A stretch of 64,000 nt of DNA from Pyrodictiaceae archaeon. GTDB taxonomy: Archaea; Thermoproteota; Thermoprotei_A; Sulfolobales; Pyrodictiaceae. The stretch covers positions 320,001 to 384,000 of the forward strand of contig JALVSY010000016.1 in NCBI GenBank assembly GCA_027036135.1. Direction: 5' to 3'. Shown here piece by piece: positions 18,648-28,504 of the stretch. The translations under genes were made by a program, and so were the position numbers. Under the pieces are notes generated by a model that was not told where the DNA came from, made no database searches, and worked only from the letters and a program-made list of their open reading frames with translations. Each line of letters opens with the position of its first letter. Within the stretch, counting starts at the first letter, position 1.

Positions 18648-20471
18648 ATGCCTATGAGTTTCTCGATACTCGCTGAGACATTTGAGAAGCTAGAGAGGGT
18701 TACTGCAAGGACACAGATGCTTCTATACCTTGTAGAGTTGTTTAAAAAGACGCCAGCTGACGTGATAGACAAGGTTGTCTATATTCTACAGGGTAAGCTG
18801 TGGCCTGATTGGAAGGGATTACCAGAGCTAGGTGTCGGCGAGAAACTATTGATCAAGGCTGCATCTATTGCTCTCCAGGTGCCTGAGCGGGAAATCGAGC
18901 AATTGGCTAAGAAGCTAGGCGATATAGGCAAGGCCATAGAGAAGATTAAGTCGGAGAAGGCTCAGAAACAACAAGCAGTAGGGCTACTCGCCTTCATGAA
19001 GAAGCCCGCTGGAGGCGCTGGTCTCACTGTTGAGAAGGTCTACGACACGTTAGCCAAGGTCGCTCTTGCGCAGGGCGAGGGAAGTAGGGATATAAAGTTA
19101 AAGCTCCTAGCAGGCCTCCTCGCTGAAGCATCTCCTAAGGAGGCAAAGTACATCGCTCGCTTCGTTGAGGGAAGGCTCCGCCTAGGCGTCGGCGACGCCA
19201 CGATAATGGAGGCGTTAGCAGTCGTATTCGGTGGAAGCGCGGCTATGAGGAATATCATAGAGAGGGCGTACAACCTCCGCGCAGACCTCGGAATGATAGC
19301 AAAGATACTCGCTACCCAGGGCATAGAGGCGCTTAAGGGAATCAAGCCGGAAGTAGGTATACCCATTAGGCCAATGCTCGCCGAGCGACTAAACAACCCC
19401 GAGGAAATACTCAAGAAGCTCGGCGGACGCGCGCTCGTGGAGTACAAGTATGATGGTGAGAGGGCGCAGATTCACAAGAAGGGTGACAAGGTCTGGATAT
19501 ACTCGAGGAGACTAGAAAACATAACCCACATGTACCCGGATGTTGTTGAGATGGCGAAGAAGTGGATAAAGGCCGAGGAGGCAATAGTTGAGGGAGAAAT
19601 AGTAGCCATAAACCCCGAGACCGGTGAGCTGAGACCGTTCCAGGTACTGATGAGGCGTAGGCGCAAACATGATGTCCATGTATACTTGTCTGAGATACCC
19701 GTAGCAGTCTTTCTCTTTGACTGCCTATACAACAATGGCGAGGACTTAACCGTTAAGCCTCTCCCCGTGCGTCACGAGACGCTCGAAAAGATAATAGATA
19801 GACAAGAGACATGGCGCCTAGCAGAGGGAATAGTCACCAATAGCGCTGAGGAACTTGAGAAGTTCTTCCTAAAAGCGATAGAGGATGGCGCGGAAGGCGT
19901 AATGGCTAAAGCTGTCCATGACAAGAGCATTTACCAAGCCGGTGCCAGGGGATGGCTCTGGATAAAGTACAAGCGAGACTATAAGTCGGAGATGACAGAC
20001 ACAGTTGACCTAGTAGTAATAGGGGCATTCTACGGCAGGGGTCGCCGTGGAGGAAAGTTCGGAGCCCTCCTAATGGCTGCCTACGACCCAGACACAGATA
20101 CCTTCAAAAGCGTATGCAAAGTGGGAAGCGGCTTCACCGATGAAGACCTTGAACGACTCGATGACATGCTAAAACCCTATATAACTGATCACAAGCCAGC
20201 ACGCGTAGATAGCCAAATGAAGCCAGACGTATGGGTAGAGCCAGCACTCGTCGCCGAGATAATAGGTGCAGAGCTAACCCTAAGCCCAATACACACGTGC
20301 TGCTACGGCTGGGCAAAACCGGGAGCAGGTATCTCGATAAGATTCCCGCGCTTCATAAGATGGAGACCAGATAAGGGACCCGAAGACGCCACGACAACAA
20401 AGGAGCTCTTCGAGATGTACAAGCGGCAGCTAAGAAGAGTAAAAGAAGAGGCAAGCCACGAAGCAGCATAG
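18648..20471 (+). CDS. lig: ATP-dependent DNA ligase
   Basis: PIRPMLAE, EYKYDGER, EGVMAK, WLWIKYK, ISIRFPRF. Confidence 0.98.
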   Translation: MPMSFSILAETFEKLERVTARTQMLLYLVELFKKTPADVIDKVVYILQGKLWPDWKGLPELGVGEKLLIKAASIALQVPEREIEQLAKKLGDIGKAIEKIKSEKAQKQQAVGLLAFMKKPAGGAGLTVEKVYDTLAKVALAQGEGSRDIKLKLLAGLLAEASPKEAKYIARFVEGRLRLGVGDATIMEALAVVFGGSAAMRNIIERAYNLRADLGMIAKILATQGIEALKGIKPEVGIPIRPMLAERLNNPEEILKKLGGRALVEYKYDGERAQIHKKGDKVWIYSRRLENITHMYPDVVEMAKKWIKAEEAIVEGEIVAINPETGELRPFQVLMRRRRKHDVHVYLSEIPVAVFLFDCLYNNGEDLTVKPLPVRHETLEKIIDRQETWRLAEGIVTNSAEELEKFFLKAIEDGAEGVMAKAVHDKSIYQAGARGWLWIKYKRDYKSEMTDTVDLVVIGAFYGRGRRGGKFGALLMAAYDPDTDTFKSVCKVGSGFTDEDLERLDDMLKPYITDHKPARVDSQMKPDVWVEPALVAEIIGAELTLSPIHTCCYGWAKPGAGISIRFPRFIRWRPDKGPEDATTTKELFEMYKRQLRRVKEEASHEAA

Positions 20472-20519
20472 CCCCTGGTCTTTTCACAATAAAAAGGGCT
20501 TCCCTGCTAACAGAGAGAT

Positions 20520-20593
20520 CGGCCGTGAGGACTACCCGGCAAGTAGGAACCCTCGCTCACGGGGGTTATGACTGTTCAGAGTTTCGCCGAGCC
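20520..20593 (+). ncRNA. Box C/D-like sRNA candidate with internal hairpin
   Basis: GGC-C-GTGAGGA-CTACCCGGCAAGT-AGGA-[ACCCTCG/CGGGGGT hairpin]-ATGACTG-TTCAGAGTTTCG-CCGA-GCC. AT-rich promoter-like AATAAAAA about 25 nt upstream. Confidence 0.5.
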
Positions 20594-20718
20594 TTCACCT
20601 CCTCGGCTCCTCCTAGACTTTTATTAGTTCTCGAGAGAAAGGAGTAACCAGAGACAAGGGGGCTATGAAGAGGGATCCCGGTTATCGCGGGGTAAGACCG
20701 AACCCGCCAAAAAGGAGT

Positions 20719-22257
20719 TCATCGGCGGGGATGTTGCGGGGCCGGCGCTCCTGAGCCCTTCTCTTTTCCCAGAAGAGCACCTAGGAGTTTACGGGGCCGA
20801 AGAGTTCCAATTACTCTTCCCTCGTCGTCGATAACGGCTATTATTGGCTCAGTTATTAGTGAGACATCGGTTAGAACCTCTTGTAATGTCTTGTCCTTAT
20901 GTACAATGGGGACTTCTTTTCTTAGGAAGAAGCGCAGCGGGATATTGCGTAGAAGCGAGGGATCCACCTCAACAAAGTCCCTGGCGGTTACGTATCCGAC
21001 AGGTCGTAGGTTATCGTCAACAACTACTAGTGCTCCTTTCTCTGCTACAAGTCTGGCTGCCTCCTCGGCAGGCATATCTATGTGTGCAATGTCCGTGTCT
21101 AGTTCTAGGTCTACTACGCGGTACCTTAGCTTCTCCGGGCGATGCACATGCATCGAGGCTGACTCAAGGGACGCAACTATTACTGACAAGATTATGGCGA
21201 AGAGCGAGATAGTGTATAGTTCGTATCCTATATGTCCGTCCTGGAGCAAGGAGAGGAGAAGGGCTGCATCAACGCCGCCCTTAGCGAGATAGGTTAGTCC
21301 TTGTAGAGGCCTTAACCCTTGGAGGCGTGCTACGAGTACCCTCGGTAGGGCTGCTAGAGCGAAGAGGAGCAGAGAGAGAGCTAGGCCGCTAAGCGTTATC
21401 CCTGTAGCATATACGCCTATGCCTATGAAGAATAGTGGCTCTAGGAACCCATAGGTAAAGGCGCTTATACGTTCAAGGTATAGTGGGCGCTCCTCTAGGT
21501 ACTCTGAGAGAAACATTCCGAGAAGTAATGCTGTTACAGCGGCATTGAAGCCTATTGCCTCAGCTATGTAGCCGGTCATCAAGACTAGGGCAACTATCAT
21601 CGCGAATGGTGCTTCCCTGACAGCGAGGTATCGCTCAATAAGGTGGAATAGTAGTGTGAGATAGTGGCGCCCAACAAGGAATATAAAGACAACGAATACG
21701 GCCGATAACGCGAGTTGCCATGCAAGATTCTCGCCCGCGACCAGGGCGTTAAATACAACAAGGCCCTCGACTTCTACAAGGAGCCCGATGCGCATTATGC
21801 TTAGCTCTTTCTCGCCAACATCCTCTCGGCCAAGAACTATCTTTGCGAGAGGCCCCGAGCTTATAAGACCAAGGACAACGCCGAGCGCAAGGGACTCCCT
21901 CCATCCAGGCACAAACCCTAATAGCTTAACGGCGAACGCGACTAAGATACTTGATAAGGACAGCATTATCGCGGAATAAGCCAGTTCACTTCTACTAGGT
22001 ACCAGGAGCGCGGGATTAGATAATTCCTCAACACCTGCAAGGAACAGCGTGAAATTAATACCGATGACGAGCAAGAGGAGTGCGGGATTAAGGTCGTTTG
22101 GTGTTACTATGCCAGCTACTGCCCCGCTTATTAGCAAACCCATTATCACAGAGCCAAGGAATCCTGGGAGACGTAGACGAATAGTAGCCTCCTCACCTAT
22201 CTTTGATAAGAATAGTAGCAAGCCTATCAGTACAGCAGCTCTCACAGTCTCATTCAA
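20719..22257 (-). CDS. Cation:proton antiporter (CPA2/Kef-type) with C-terminal CBS domains
   Basis: About 12 hydrophobic segments, LFLAGVE, FLEPLFFIGIG, CBS motifs VVVDDNLRPVGYVT and AVIDDEGRVIG. Confidence 0.88.
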   Translation of the reverse strand: MNETVRAAVLIGLLLFLSKIGEEATIRLRLPGFLGSVIMGLLISGAVAGIVTPNDLNPALLLLVIGINFTLFLAGVEELSNPALLVPSRSELAYSAIMLSLSSILVAFAVKLLGFVPGWRESLALGVVLGLISSGPLAKIVLGREDVGEKELSIMRIGLLVEVEGLVVFNALVAGENLAWQLALSAVFVVFIFLVGRHYLTLLFHLIERYLAVREAPFAMIVALVLMTGYIAEAIGFNAAVTALLLGMFLSEYLEERPLYLERISAFTYGFLEPLFFIGIGVYATGITLSGLALSLLLFALAALPRVLVARLQGLRPLQGLTYLAKGGVDAALLLSLLQDGHIGYELYTISLFAIILSVIVASLESASMHVHRPEKLRYRVVDLELDTDIAHIDMPAEEAARLVAEKGALVVVDDNLRPVGYVTARDFVEVDPSLLRNIPLRFFLRKEVPIVHKDKTLQEVLTDVSLITEPIIAVIDDEGRVIGTLRPRKLLGALLGKEKGSGAPAPQHPRR

Positions 22258-22420
22258 TACCTATCCCCGGATCTTCTTGGAACCAAGTAGTCGGCGAGCA
22301 TGGAGCTAGGTTAGAGAATACCTACTGAGGAGTATGGAGCAGCAATGCAAGCCCTGGCGCTGTTTTTAAAATGTTAGCGTAGCTTGCACTAAGCTCTTTT
22401 GAGCCGCCGGAACCCTCAGA

Positions 22421-22924
22421 TTACATAAAGATGTTAGACTGCTTAGACTCCTCTATCTCTACGAGCGGGAATTCCTGCCAAAGGATTGTATTAACGACTA
22501 GGAACACGTTAACAAGTCTTGCGGCTTCATCGACTAGTCGCTGCCTATTCAGAGCCTCTCTCGAGACCAGTACCTCAGCCACAATAGCCGTCGGGTTTAG
22601 TAGGCTCTCTCTTAGAGCTACGCGGCAATATGGACAGACCTCAAGTATAGACTTAAGGATTCTCGCTGATAGCTTAACGCGCTCCGCCGGTTTAAGCCCT
22701 TTAATCTCCTCTACGTGCTTCTCGGAGAAGTTCACTCCAACACCTACTATTACATCGCCATTCTTGAGGCCCAAGAGGCGCAGCTTTATCTGTAGTGGAG
22801 GAGGTGTTGATACGAGAAGCCCCCAGGAAGCGTTTGAGGGTAGAGGGGCGCTTAGGGGTGCTACGAGGAACCCGGATTCGCCTAACCATTTAGCAACTGT
22901 GTCTTGGTTAGCTGCCTTGCTCAA
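22421..22924 (-). CDS. DUF2299-like protein
   Basis: WLGESGFLV N-terminus, GVNFSEKH, size and archaeal context. Confidence 0.6.
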   Translation of the reverse strand: MSKAANQDTVAKWLGESGFLVAPLSAPLPSNASWGLLVSTPPPLQIKLRLLGLKNGDVIVGVGVNFSEKHVEEIKGLKPAERVKLSARILKSILEVCPYCRVALRESLLNPTAIVAEVLVSREALNRQRLVDEAARLVNVFLVVNTILWQEFPLVEIEESKQSNIFM

Positions 22925-23076
22925 TACAATACTACACCCCTGTTCCTAGGAGCTAACTAGTAGGATATTATTCCTTGCCTTAGCGTTTTAGACCAGTCTG
23001 GGCGCTCTTTTATATACCTGGTTCAACAGTATTACTATCTAGGAGGAAAATACACAGACCTCGGTGGTGAATAATT

Positions 23077-23847
23077 ATGCCCATAGAGCGTGTTAAAACG
23101 GGTATTCCCGGGCTAGACGAGATACTCTACGGAGGCATACCAAGGAGGAACGTTGTCCTAATAAGCGGTGGCCCTGGTACCGGGAAGACGATCATGAGCC
23201 AGCAATATCTATGGAATGGGCTACAGCTAGGCGAGCCAGGAGTATACGTGGCGCTCGAGGAGCACCCAGTACAAGTGAGGATAAACATGGCTCAGTTCGG
23301 CTGGGATGTGCGCCCCTACGAGCGCGAGGGAACATTCGCGATAGTCGATGCCTTCACGGGCGGGATAGGCGAGGCAGCAAAGCGCGAGAAATACGTAGTA
23401 AGGGATCCAACAGACGTGGGCTTGCTCATAGACGTGTTAAAGGAAGCCATAAGGGATACGGGTGCACAGAGAGTAGCAATAGACTCGGTATCAACACTCT
23501 ATCTGACAAAGCCGAGCGTAGCTAGAAGTGTCGTAATGATGCTCAAGAGGGTGCTAAGCGGCCTCGGCACGACCAGCTTCCTAGTAAGCCAGGTCAGCGT
23601 AACCGAGCGAGGATTCGGAGGCCCAGGCGTAGAACATGCAGCAGATGGTATCATTAGGTTAGACCTAGACGAGATAGATGGCGAGCTCAAGAGAAGCCTC
23701 ATAGTATGGAAGATGAGGGGAACAAAACATAGCATGAGAAGGCATCCATTCGAGATAACCGATAAAGGCATCATAATCTACCACAACAAAGTGCTAAGAG
23801 TAACAAGGAGAGGCGTGGTAGAAGAAGCACTAACATCCACGGAGTAA
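23077..23847 (+). CDS. KaiC-domain (RAD55-type) ATPase
   Basis: [49 protein letters not shown]. Confidence 0.95.
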   Translation: MPIERVKTGIPGLDEILYGGIPRRNVVLISGGPGTGKTIMSQQYLWNGLQLGEPGVYVALEEHPVQVRINMAQFGWDVRPYEREGTFAIVDAFTGGIGEAAKREKYVVRDPTDVGLLIDVLKEAIRDTGAQRVAIDSVSTLYLTKPSVARSVVMMLKRVLSGLGTTSFLVSQVSVTERGFGGPGVEHAADGIIRLDLDEIDGELKRSLIVWKMRGTKHSMRRHPFEITDKGIIIYHNKVLRVTRRGVVEEALTSTE

Positions 23848-23861
23848 CGATCGAGGACAAG

Positions 23862-23961
23862 TGGCGGCTTCGGCACGGCTCTTCATCAGCACCCCGCAGC
23901 CCCTAGGGAACTAAGCGTGAGGCTGCGGTATCGTCGTCGCAGGCGATCCACATCGCCGCCA
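23862..23961 (-). ncRNA. Structured ncRNA, C/D-like with long internal hairpin
   Basis: 7-bp terminal stem TGGCGGC/GCCGCCA. 10-bp inner helix CCGCAGCCTC/GGGGCTGCGG (complete only on minus strand). Box-like ATGTGGA, ACGA, TGATGAAGA, CCGA. Confidence 0.5.
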
Positions 23962-24023
23962 ACTAGTGATTTCCCCTAGCTCCACAGTTTTTATCTATCG
24001 CTAAGCAGTATTAGGAGCATGTC

Positions 24024-24548
24024 TTGGTAGCCGAGATGTCTAGTGAGGAAACGGTAGCCGAGAGTAGGGCCAGTTGTAGAGAAGTATTGCTTAACGCGGA
24101 GCTAGGTCTCTCAAGACACAGCGTGATGGCAGCAGCTATACTTAGCGGATTCTCAACGTTTATCCCAGGAATATTAGTCAACTTCGGTGTCTCCATCCAG
24201 CTTGGTGTAAAGCTCTTCCTCATCCTCTATACTATCAGCTTGCCAGCAGTAATAGCCGCGCTATATGAGCTATACAGCTTCACTAAGAGAGTAACTAGCC
24301 TCTGTAACGCGCCCAGAATAGACCCTGTATCCTTTATCATAGGAGTATTCCCGCTCGGCTTCATAGCATCACTCTATTACGTGGAATCGCTCCTAGCAAA
24401 CTACTGCGAGAAACTAAGAGGCAAGATACGCACAAGCATGGTTGACTTGTTTATCAACATTATTGTGCTAGGGCTCCACGTCATAATATTTGCGAGAATA
24501 TTTAACTATATTATTGATAATATAGTTCCCCAGCTCTGTAGCGAGTAG
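24024..24548 (+). CDS. Hypothetical membrane protein
   Basis: About 4 hydrophobic segments. Confidence 0.65.
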   Translation: MVAEMSSEETVAESRASCREVLLNAELGLSRHSVMAAAILSGFSTFIPGILVNFGVSIQLGVKLFLILYTISLPAVIAALYELYSFTKRVTSLCNAPRIDPVSFIIGVFPLGFIASLYYVESLLANYCEKLRGKIRTSMVDLFINIIVLGLHVIIFARIFNYIIDNIVPQLCSE

Positions 24549-25275
24549 CGCTACATGAGTCGCGTAATGGGCAGCTACGGCACCACGGCCCAGGCTCAAC
24601 ACGCTCTTCTCGATCACTGCGCCAATAAGCGAGAAGAGGCGCCAGGGTTTCCTCCTCAACACCCTCGTCATGGGCTAGTAAATGAATGGTATAGCTATAC
24701 GATCTTGGTGGAAGCGATGCACCGGCTCGAAGCCATTTATGGACGCTCTTAATAGCCTCTACTAGGTGTTGATTATCCCTAGCAGCTACTAGTACTAGCC
24801 GAGTTCTAGACCCAAGCGGAAGCCCTGCCCTAGATGCAAGCAAGCCGTATGCATATAGCTTCACGCGGTCACTAAGGTAGAGTCTCTCGGGCCTTCTCGT
24901 CTTTTTCCCGATAACAATTGCTTGCACGAAACCCTTTATGAAAACAATGCTATGCGGTCTACCAATTACCGGGACGCCTTGAATAATCGTGGCAAGTGGT
25001 ACATCTAACGAAAAATACTCAGGCAATGCCCTTGGTAGCTTTTTCTTCGTGTTAAGAATTATTTTTACAAGCTCCTTAACCTCATTGGATATAGGTTTAT
25101 GCGGCGAGGATAAGAGCTCGTGTATCGCCTTCCGCTCACAGAGCGTCTGCGAGGCAAGTATTGAGGGCGTTATATAGGGTAGCCCGTGCCGGAGGCAACA
25201 ATACTCGCCCCTACTAATAGCTTCTAGGAGTAAGCGCTGCTCCTCAAGCCTTGCTAGCAGATCCTCACTCATCAC
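24511..25275 (-). CDS. Stand-alone Cas4-like (PD-(D/E)XK, 4-Cys) protein with degenerate active site
   Basis: ITPSILASQTLCERK and PGPWCRSCPLRDSC give the 1+3 Cys staple. GRPHSI, VIGKK and KLYAY replace the catalytic motifs. Confidence 0.7.
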   Translation of the reverse strand: MMSEDLLARLEEQRLLLEAISRGEYCCLRHGLPYITPSILASQTLCERKAIHELLSSPHKPISNEVKELVKIILNTKKKLPRALPEYFSLDVPLATIIQGVPVIGRPHSIVFIKGFVQAIVIGKKTRRPERLYLSDRVKLYAYGLLASRAGLPLGSRTRLVLVAARDNQHLVEAIKSVHKWLRAGASLPPRSYSYTIHLLAHDEGVEEETLAPLLAYWRSDREERVEPGPWCRSCPLRDSCSATRYRAGELYYQ

Positions 25276-25400
25276 TTATGCGCCTAGAGAGCTTCTCTCG
25301 TGGTATTACAATTTACCGGTTTACCCAGGAGCCCTCTCCTTAAATGGAGCACTAGTTATTAAGCCTCAATGCTTAACGCTATAGACCTGGATGGTGTGAG

Positions 25401-26633
25401 ATGCCGTCACGCATCACGGATTATACCAAGTATTTCTCGGACCTAGCAAAATCGATAAAGGCCTCTGATGTGCGCGAGCTCCTAAAGATAGTTGAGCAGG
25501 GTGGAGTAATAAGTCTCGCAGGTGGCTTACCTGACCCAAGGACTTTCCCTAAGAAGGAGATATCGGAGATAGCGGTTGAGGTTATTGAGAAGCATGGTGA
25601 CAAAGCCCTCCAGTATGCCCCCACGAAGGGGGTAAGATTCTTCATAGAGACCGTGAAAGAGTTCTCAGAGAGGCATGGTGTTAAAGTAAACCCTGATGAC
25701 GATGTAATAGTTACTACGGGTAGTCAGCAGGCACTATACCTTGTCGCAAGGACCTTCCTAAACCCAGGCGACTACATAGTAACAGAGGAGCCAACATACC
25801 TAGGCATGCTCAGTGCACTACAAGGCCTCGGCGTGAACTTCATAACTGTTCCGATAGACGAGGATGGTATGAGAACCGATATCCTAGAGGAGAAGCTAAG
25901 GGAGGCAAAGAGCCAAGGAATAAAGCCAAAGATGATCTATACGATACCGACTAGCCATAACCCAGGAGGAACCACGCTGCCAATGGATAGGAGGAAGCAC
26001 TTAATGGAGCTAGCCGAGGAGTACGATCTCATAGTGTTTGAGGACGATCCATACGGCTTCATAACGTTTGAGGAGAGAGATGTAAAGCCGCTCAAGACGC
26101 TAGATGAGAGCGGTAGGGTGGTTTACACTAGTACGATAAGCAAGATACTCTCGCCTGGTATGAGGGTAGGCTGGGTAATAGCCCATAAGGATATTGTGGC
26201 AAAGATAGAGCTAGTCAAGCAGGGCGTAGACTTACACACTCCCTCATTTACACAGTACATAGCAGCTGAGGCAATGAGGAAAGGCATCATTGATAAAAGA
26301 ATACCGTTCATAAAACAGCTCTACCGCGAGAAGAGAGACGCTATGATAGGCGCGCTCCAGGACTACATGCCGGAGGGGGTTAGGTGGACAAGGCCGATAG
26401 GCGGGATGTTCATCTGGGTATGGCTCCCCGAGGACATCAATAGTAGAGAGATGCTAACCATAGCCATTCGGAAAGGCGTAGCATATGTGCCAGGTGATGC
26501 TTTCTACCCTAGAGGAGGCGGCCACAATACGATGAGGCTGAACTTCAGCTACCCAAGCATCGAGGAGATTAGGGAGGGAGTAAAGAGGATAGCTGAGTCA
26601 ATAAAGGAGTACCGAGAGTCTAAGAAGAGCTAG
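25401..26633 (+). CDS. PLP-dependent aminotransferase class I (LysN/multiple-substrate type)
   Basis: ISLAGGLPDP, TTGSQQAL, EDDPY, SKILSPGMRVGW, MRLNFS. Confidence 0.95.
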   Translation: MPSRITDYTKYFSDLAKSIKASDVRELLKIVEQGGVISLAGGLPDPRTFPKKEISEIAVEVIEKHGDKALQYAPTKGVRFFIETVKEFSERHGVKVNPDDDVIVTTGSQQALYLVARTFLNPGDYIVTEEPTYLGMLSALQGLGVNFITVPIDEDGMRTDILEEKLREAKSQGIKPKMIYTIPTSHNPGGTTLPMDRRKHLMELAEEYDLIVFEDDPYGFITFEERDVKPLKTLDESGRVVYTSTISKILSPGMRVGWVIAHKDIVAKIELVKQGVDLHTPSFTQYIAAEAMRKGIIDKRIPFIKQLYREKRDAMIGALQDYMPEGVRWTRPIGGMFIWVWLPEDINSREMLTIAIRKGVAYVPGDAFYPRGGGHNTMRLNFSYPSIEEIREGVKRIAESIKEYRESKKS

Positions 26634-27522
26634 CCTCGTAGACAACACCTAGGGCTGGAAGCCCCTCACTAGGCGGTGGAATAAACCCCTTTACGAAAGA
26701 CATGTAGCTGGATAGTACTCTCCAAGCTTTTTTAACAAGTTGTATAGCGCATCCAGCAAACTTCTTTCCTCCAGTAACTCCTACAATCTCAAGGCTTCTT
26801 GCAAAGGGCCTCACCGGTATACCCTTATATGCTATAAGAGGATGCAGAACTAGTATACGCGTCTCGGCCTTTTTCACGGCCTCCTCTACTAGCAATGTAT
26901 CAAAGCTAGCCGCCACGATGGCATCTGAGTCTAGGGTATCAAGGCTCTGAGTTATGGCTAGCCCTAGTTCCCGAATAATCGGATAACTAGCACTATTCTT
27001 CCCAGCAAATACTGCATACTCTATTCCAGTGCTATGGAGCAAGTAGGCTGCTAAGAGGCCATAAATCCCTGAGCCTAGTACCAAGACGCTGCGAGTTTTA
27101 TTCTCTAAGACCCTTAAGGTTTCGCAAGCTAGGGCCGAGTCGAGTAGAATAACATAGCTCGGGTCACGCTGAACAATAACCAAGTGATCTCTGGGTACAA
27201 CAGTATATGGCGAGATAAAGCCATGGCCGATAACGGGAGGCATATAGTTCTCGGAAACTCTTACGAGGCTAACAGGCTTACCCGCTAATGCGGTATTGGA
27301 GCCTATGCCCGCCTCAACAACTACCCCAATACCAGTATATCCAGCGACTACTGGTATATCTACTGGCAATAGTCCTCTCCGTATCGCCTCATCTACACTA
27401 CCCCACCTAGCCCATAGTATCTTGAGCAATACATAGTCTCGTGGGACAACCAGGGGGACATTGTCGACTCTAACTACTCCACCATCTATGACGAGAGCAC
27501 TTACAAGGCCCTCCACGTTCAC
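26620..27522 (-). CDS. Medium-chain dehydrogenase/reductase-like protein lacking Zn ligands
   Basis: GroES-like N-terminus (PVVAGYTGIGVVVEAG) and Rossmann VLVLGSGIYGL. Confidence 0.65.
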   Translation of the reverse strand: MNVEGLVSALVIDGGVVRVDNVPLVVPRDYVLLKILWARWGSVDEAIRRGLLPVDIPVVAGYTGIGVVVEAGIGSNTALAGKPVSLVRVSENYMPPVIGHGFISPYTVVPRDHLVIVQRDPSYVILLDSALACETLRVLENKTRSVLVLGSGIYGLLAAYLLHSTGIEYAVFAGKNSASYPIIRELGLAITQSLDTLDSDAIVAASFDTLLVEEAVKKAETRILVLHPLIAYKGIPVRPFARSLEIVGVTGGKKFAGCAIQLVKKAWRVLSSYMSFVKGFIPPPSEGLPALGVVYEASSS

Positions 27523-27620
27523 CGCCTCATAACCTCTTATTAATAGAAAAGTATACGTGCCATACTTTAACTATGGCCCGCCCCCTTGATAGAGCTAGGA
27601 GAGTAGCTAGGTGAGCCATA

Positions 27621-28448
27621 TTGGCCAAACTGGTCGCGTCTACCCGGATAATACCACTAGATATTGTCGACGCTGTTGAAACACTGCATGCTATGGGCTT
27701 CGAGCTAGTAGATATTAACTATGCCAGCGTCGAGAGAATGAATATTGATTACCCCTCAGTACCCAATACTATGCGGCTTGCACTCTTACAAGCCGTAAGG
27801 GTTGGTGTTAGACCAGTAACCGTGCATGCTCCCTGGGAGGACTACTTCCTATTATACATAGGGCGTGGCCTAGACCATGCTGTTGACGAGGCAAAGATAT
27901 TCCTTGATATAGCTGGGAGCTATGGTGCAGAAATAGTTGTATTCCACGGCTTTAGTTCACGCAGAATAGGTAGTTATAGAGCAGAGTGGGTGAATAAGAG
28001 ATTCTTTGCCGAGCTAGCAGACTATGCGGAGCGTGAGGATCTACCCGTAGTAGCTGTTGAGAACTCTTCTGGAGCTAAGCCGCTTAACAAGATAGAGGCT
28101 CTCAGGAAGCTTGTAAGCCAGATAGATAGCCCCAAGCTCAGAGCATGTATAGACACGGGCCACGCCTTTCTCAATGGCTACTCACTAAGAGCGGCAGACC
28201 ACGCTATCAAGCCACTAGAGCCCGTATGCATACACGTACACGATAACCACGGAGAAAGGGACGAGCACCTTCACATAGGCTGTGGCTCTATAAACTGGCT
28301 AGAAGCACCTAGTGCAGTAAACTTGTCAAAGGCAAGCTATGTCGTGCTAGAATCTGATTGCAGTAGCAACGATGTAGTAGCGTGCAAGGGGCAAGCTATT
28401 ATAGCTGCTAATAATGCCCGTAGTGTTTTAAAAGACTGGCTTACATGA
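27621..28448 (+). CDS. Sugar phosphate isomerase/epimerase (xylose isomerase-like TIM barrel)
   Basis: TVHAP, VVFHG, AVENS, CIDTGH, IHVHDNHG, DEHL. Confidence 0.88.
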   Translation: MAKLVASTRIIPLDIVDAVETLHAMGFELVDINYASVERMNIDYPSVPNTMRLALLQAVRVGVRPVTVHAPWEDYFLLYIGRGLDHAVDEAKIFLDIAGSYGAEIVVFHGFSSRRIGSYRAEWVNKRFFAELADYAEREDLPVVAVENSSGAKPLNKIEALRKLVSQIDSPKLRACIDTGHAFLNGYSLRAADHAIKPLEPVCIHVHDNHGERDEHLHIGCGSINWLEAPSAVNLSKASYVVLESDCSSNDVVACKGQAIIAANNARSVLKDWLT

Positions 28449-28504
28449 ATCGATGTGAACGGGCAAAAGCAGATTCATATACATAGTGTGAGGGGTGAGG
28501 AAAA

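Noticed and set aside
23077-23847. KaiC as a circadian or defence system
   Set aside because: Single-domain RAD55-type ATPase widespread in archaea. No kaiA/kaiB or defence neighbours.
24511-25275. Cas4-like gene as evidence of a CRISPR locus
   Set aside because: No repeat-spacer array or other cas genes in the window.
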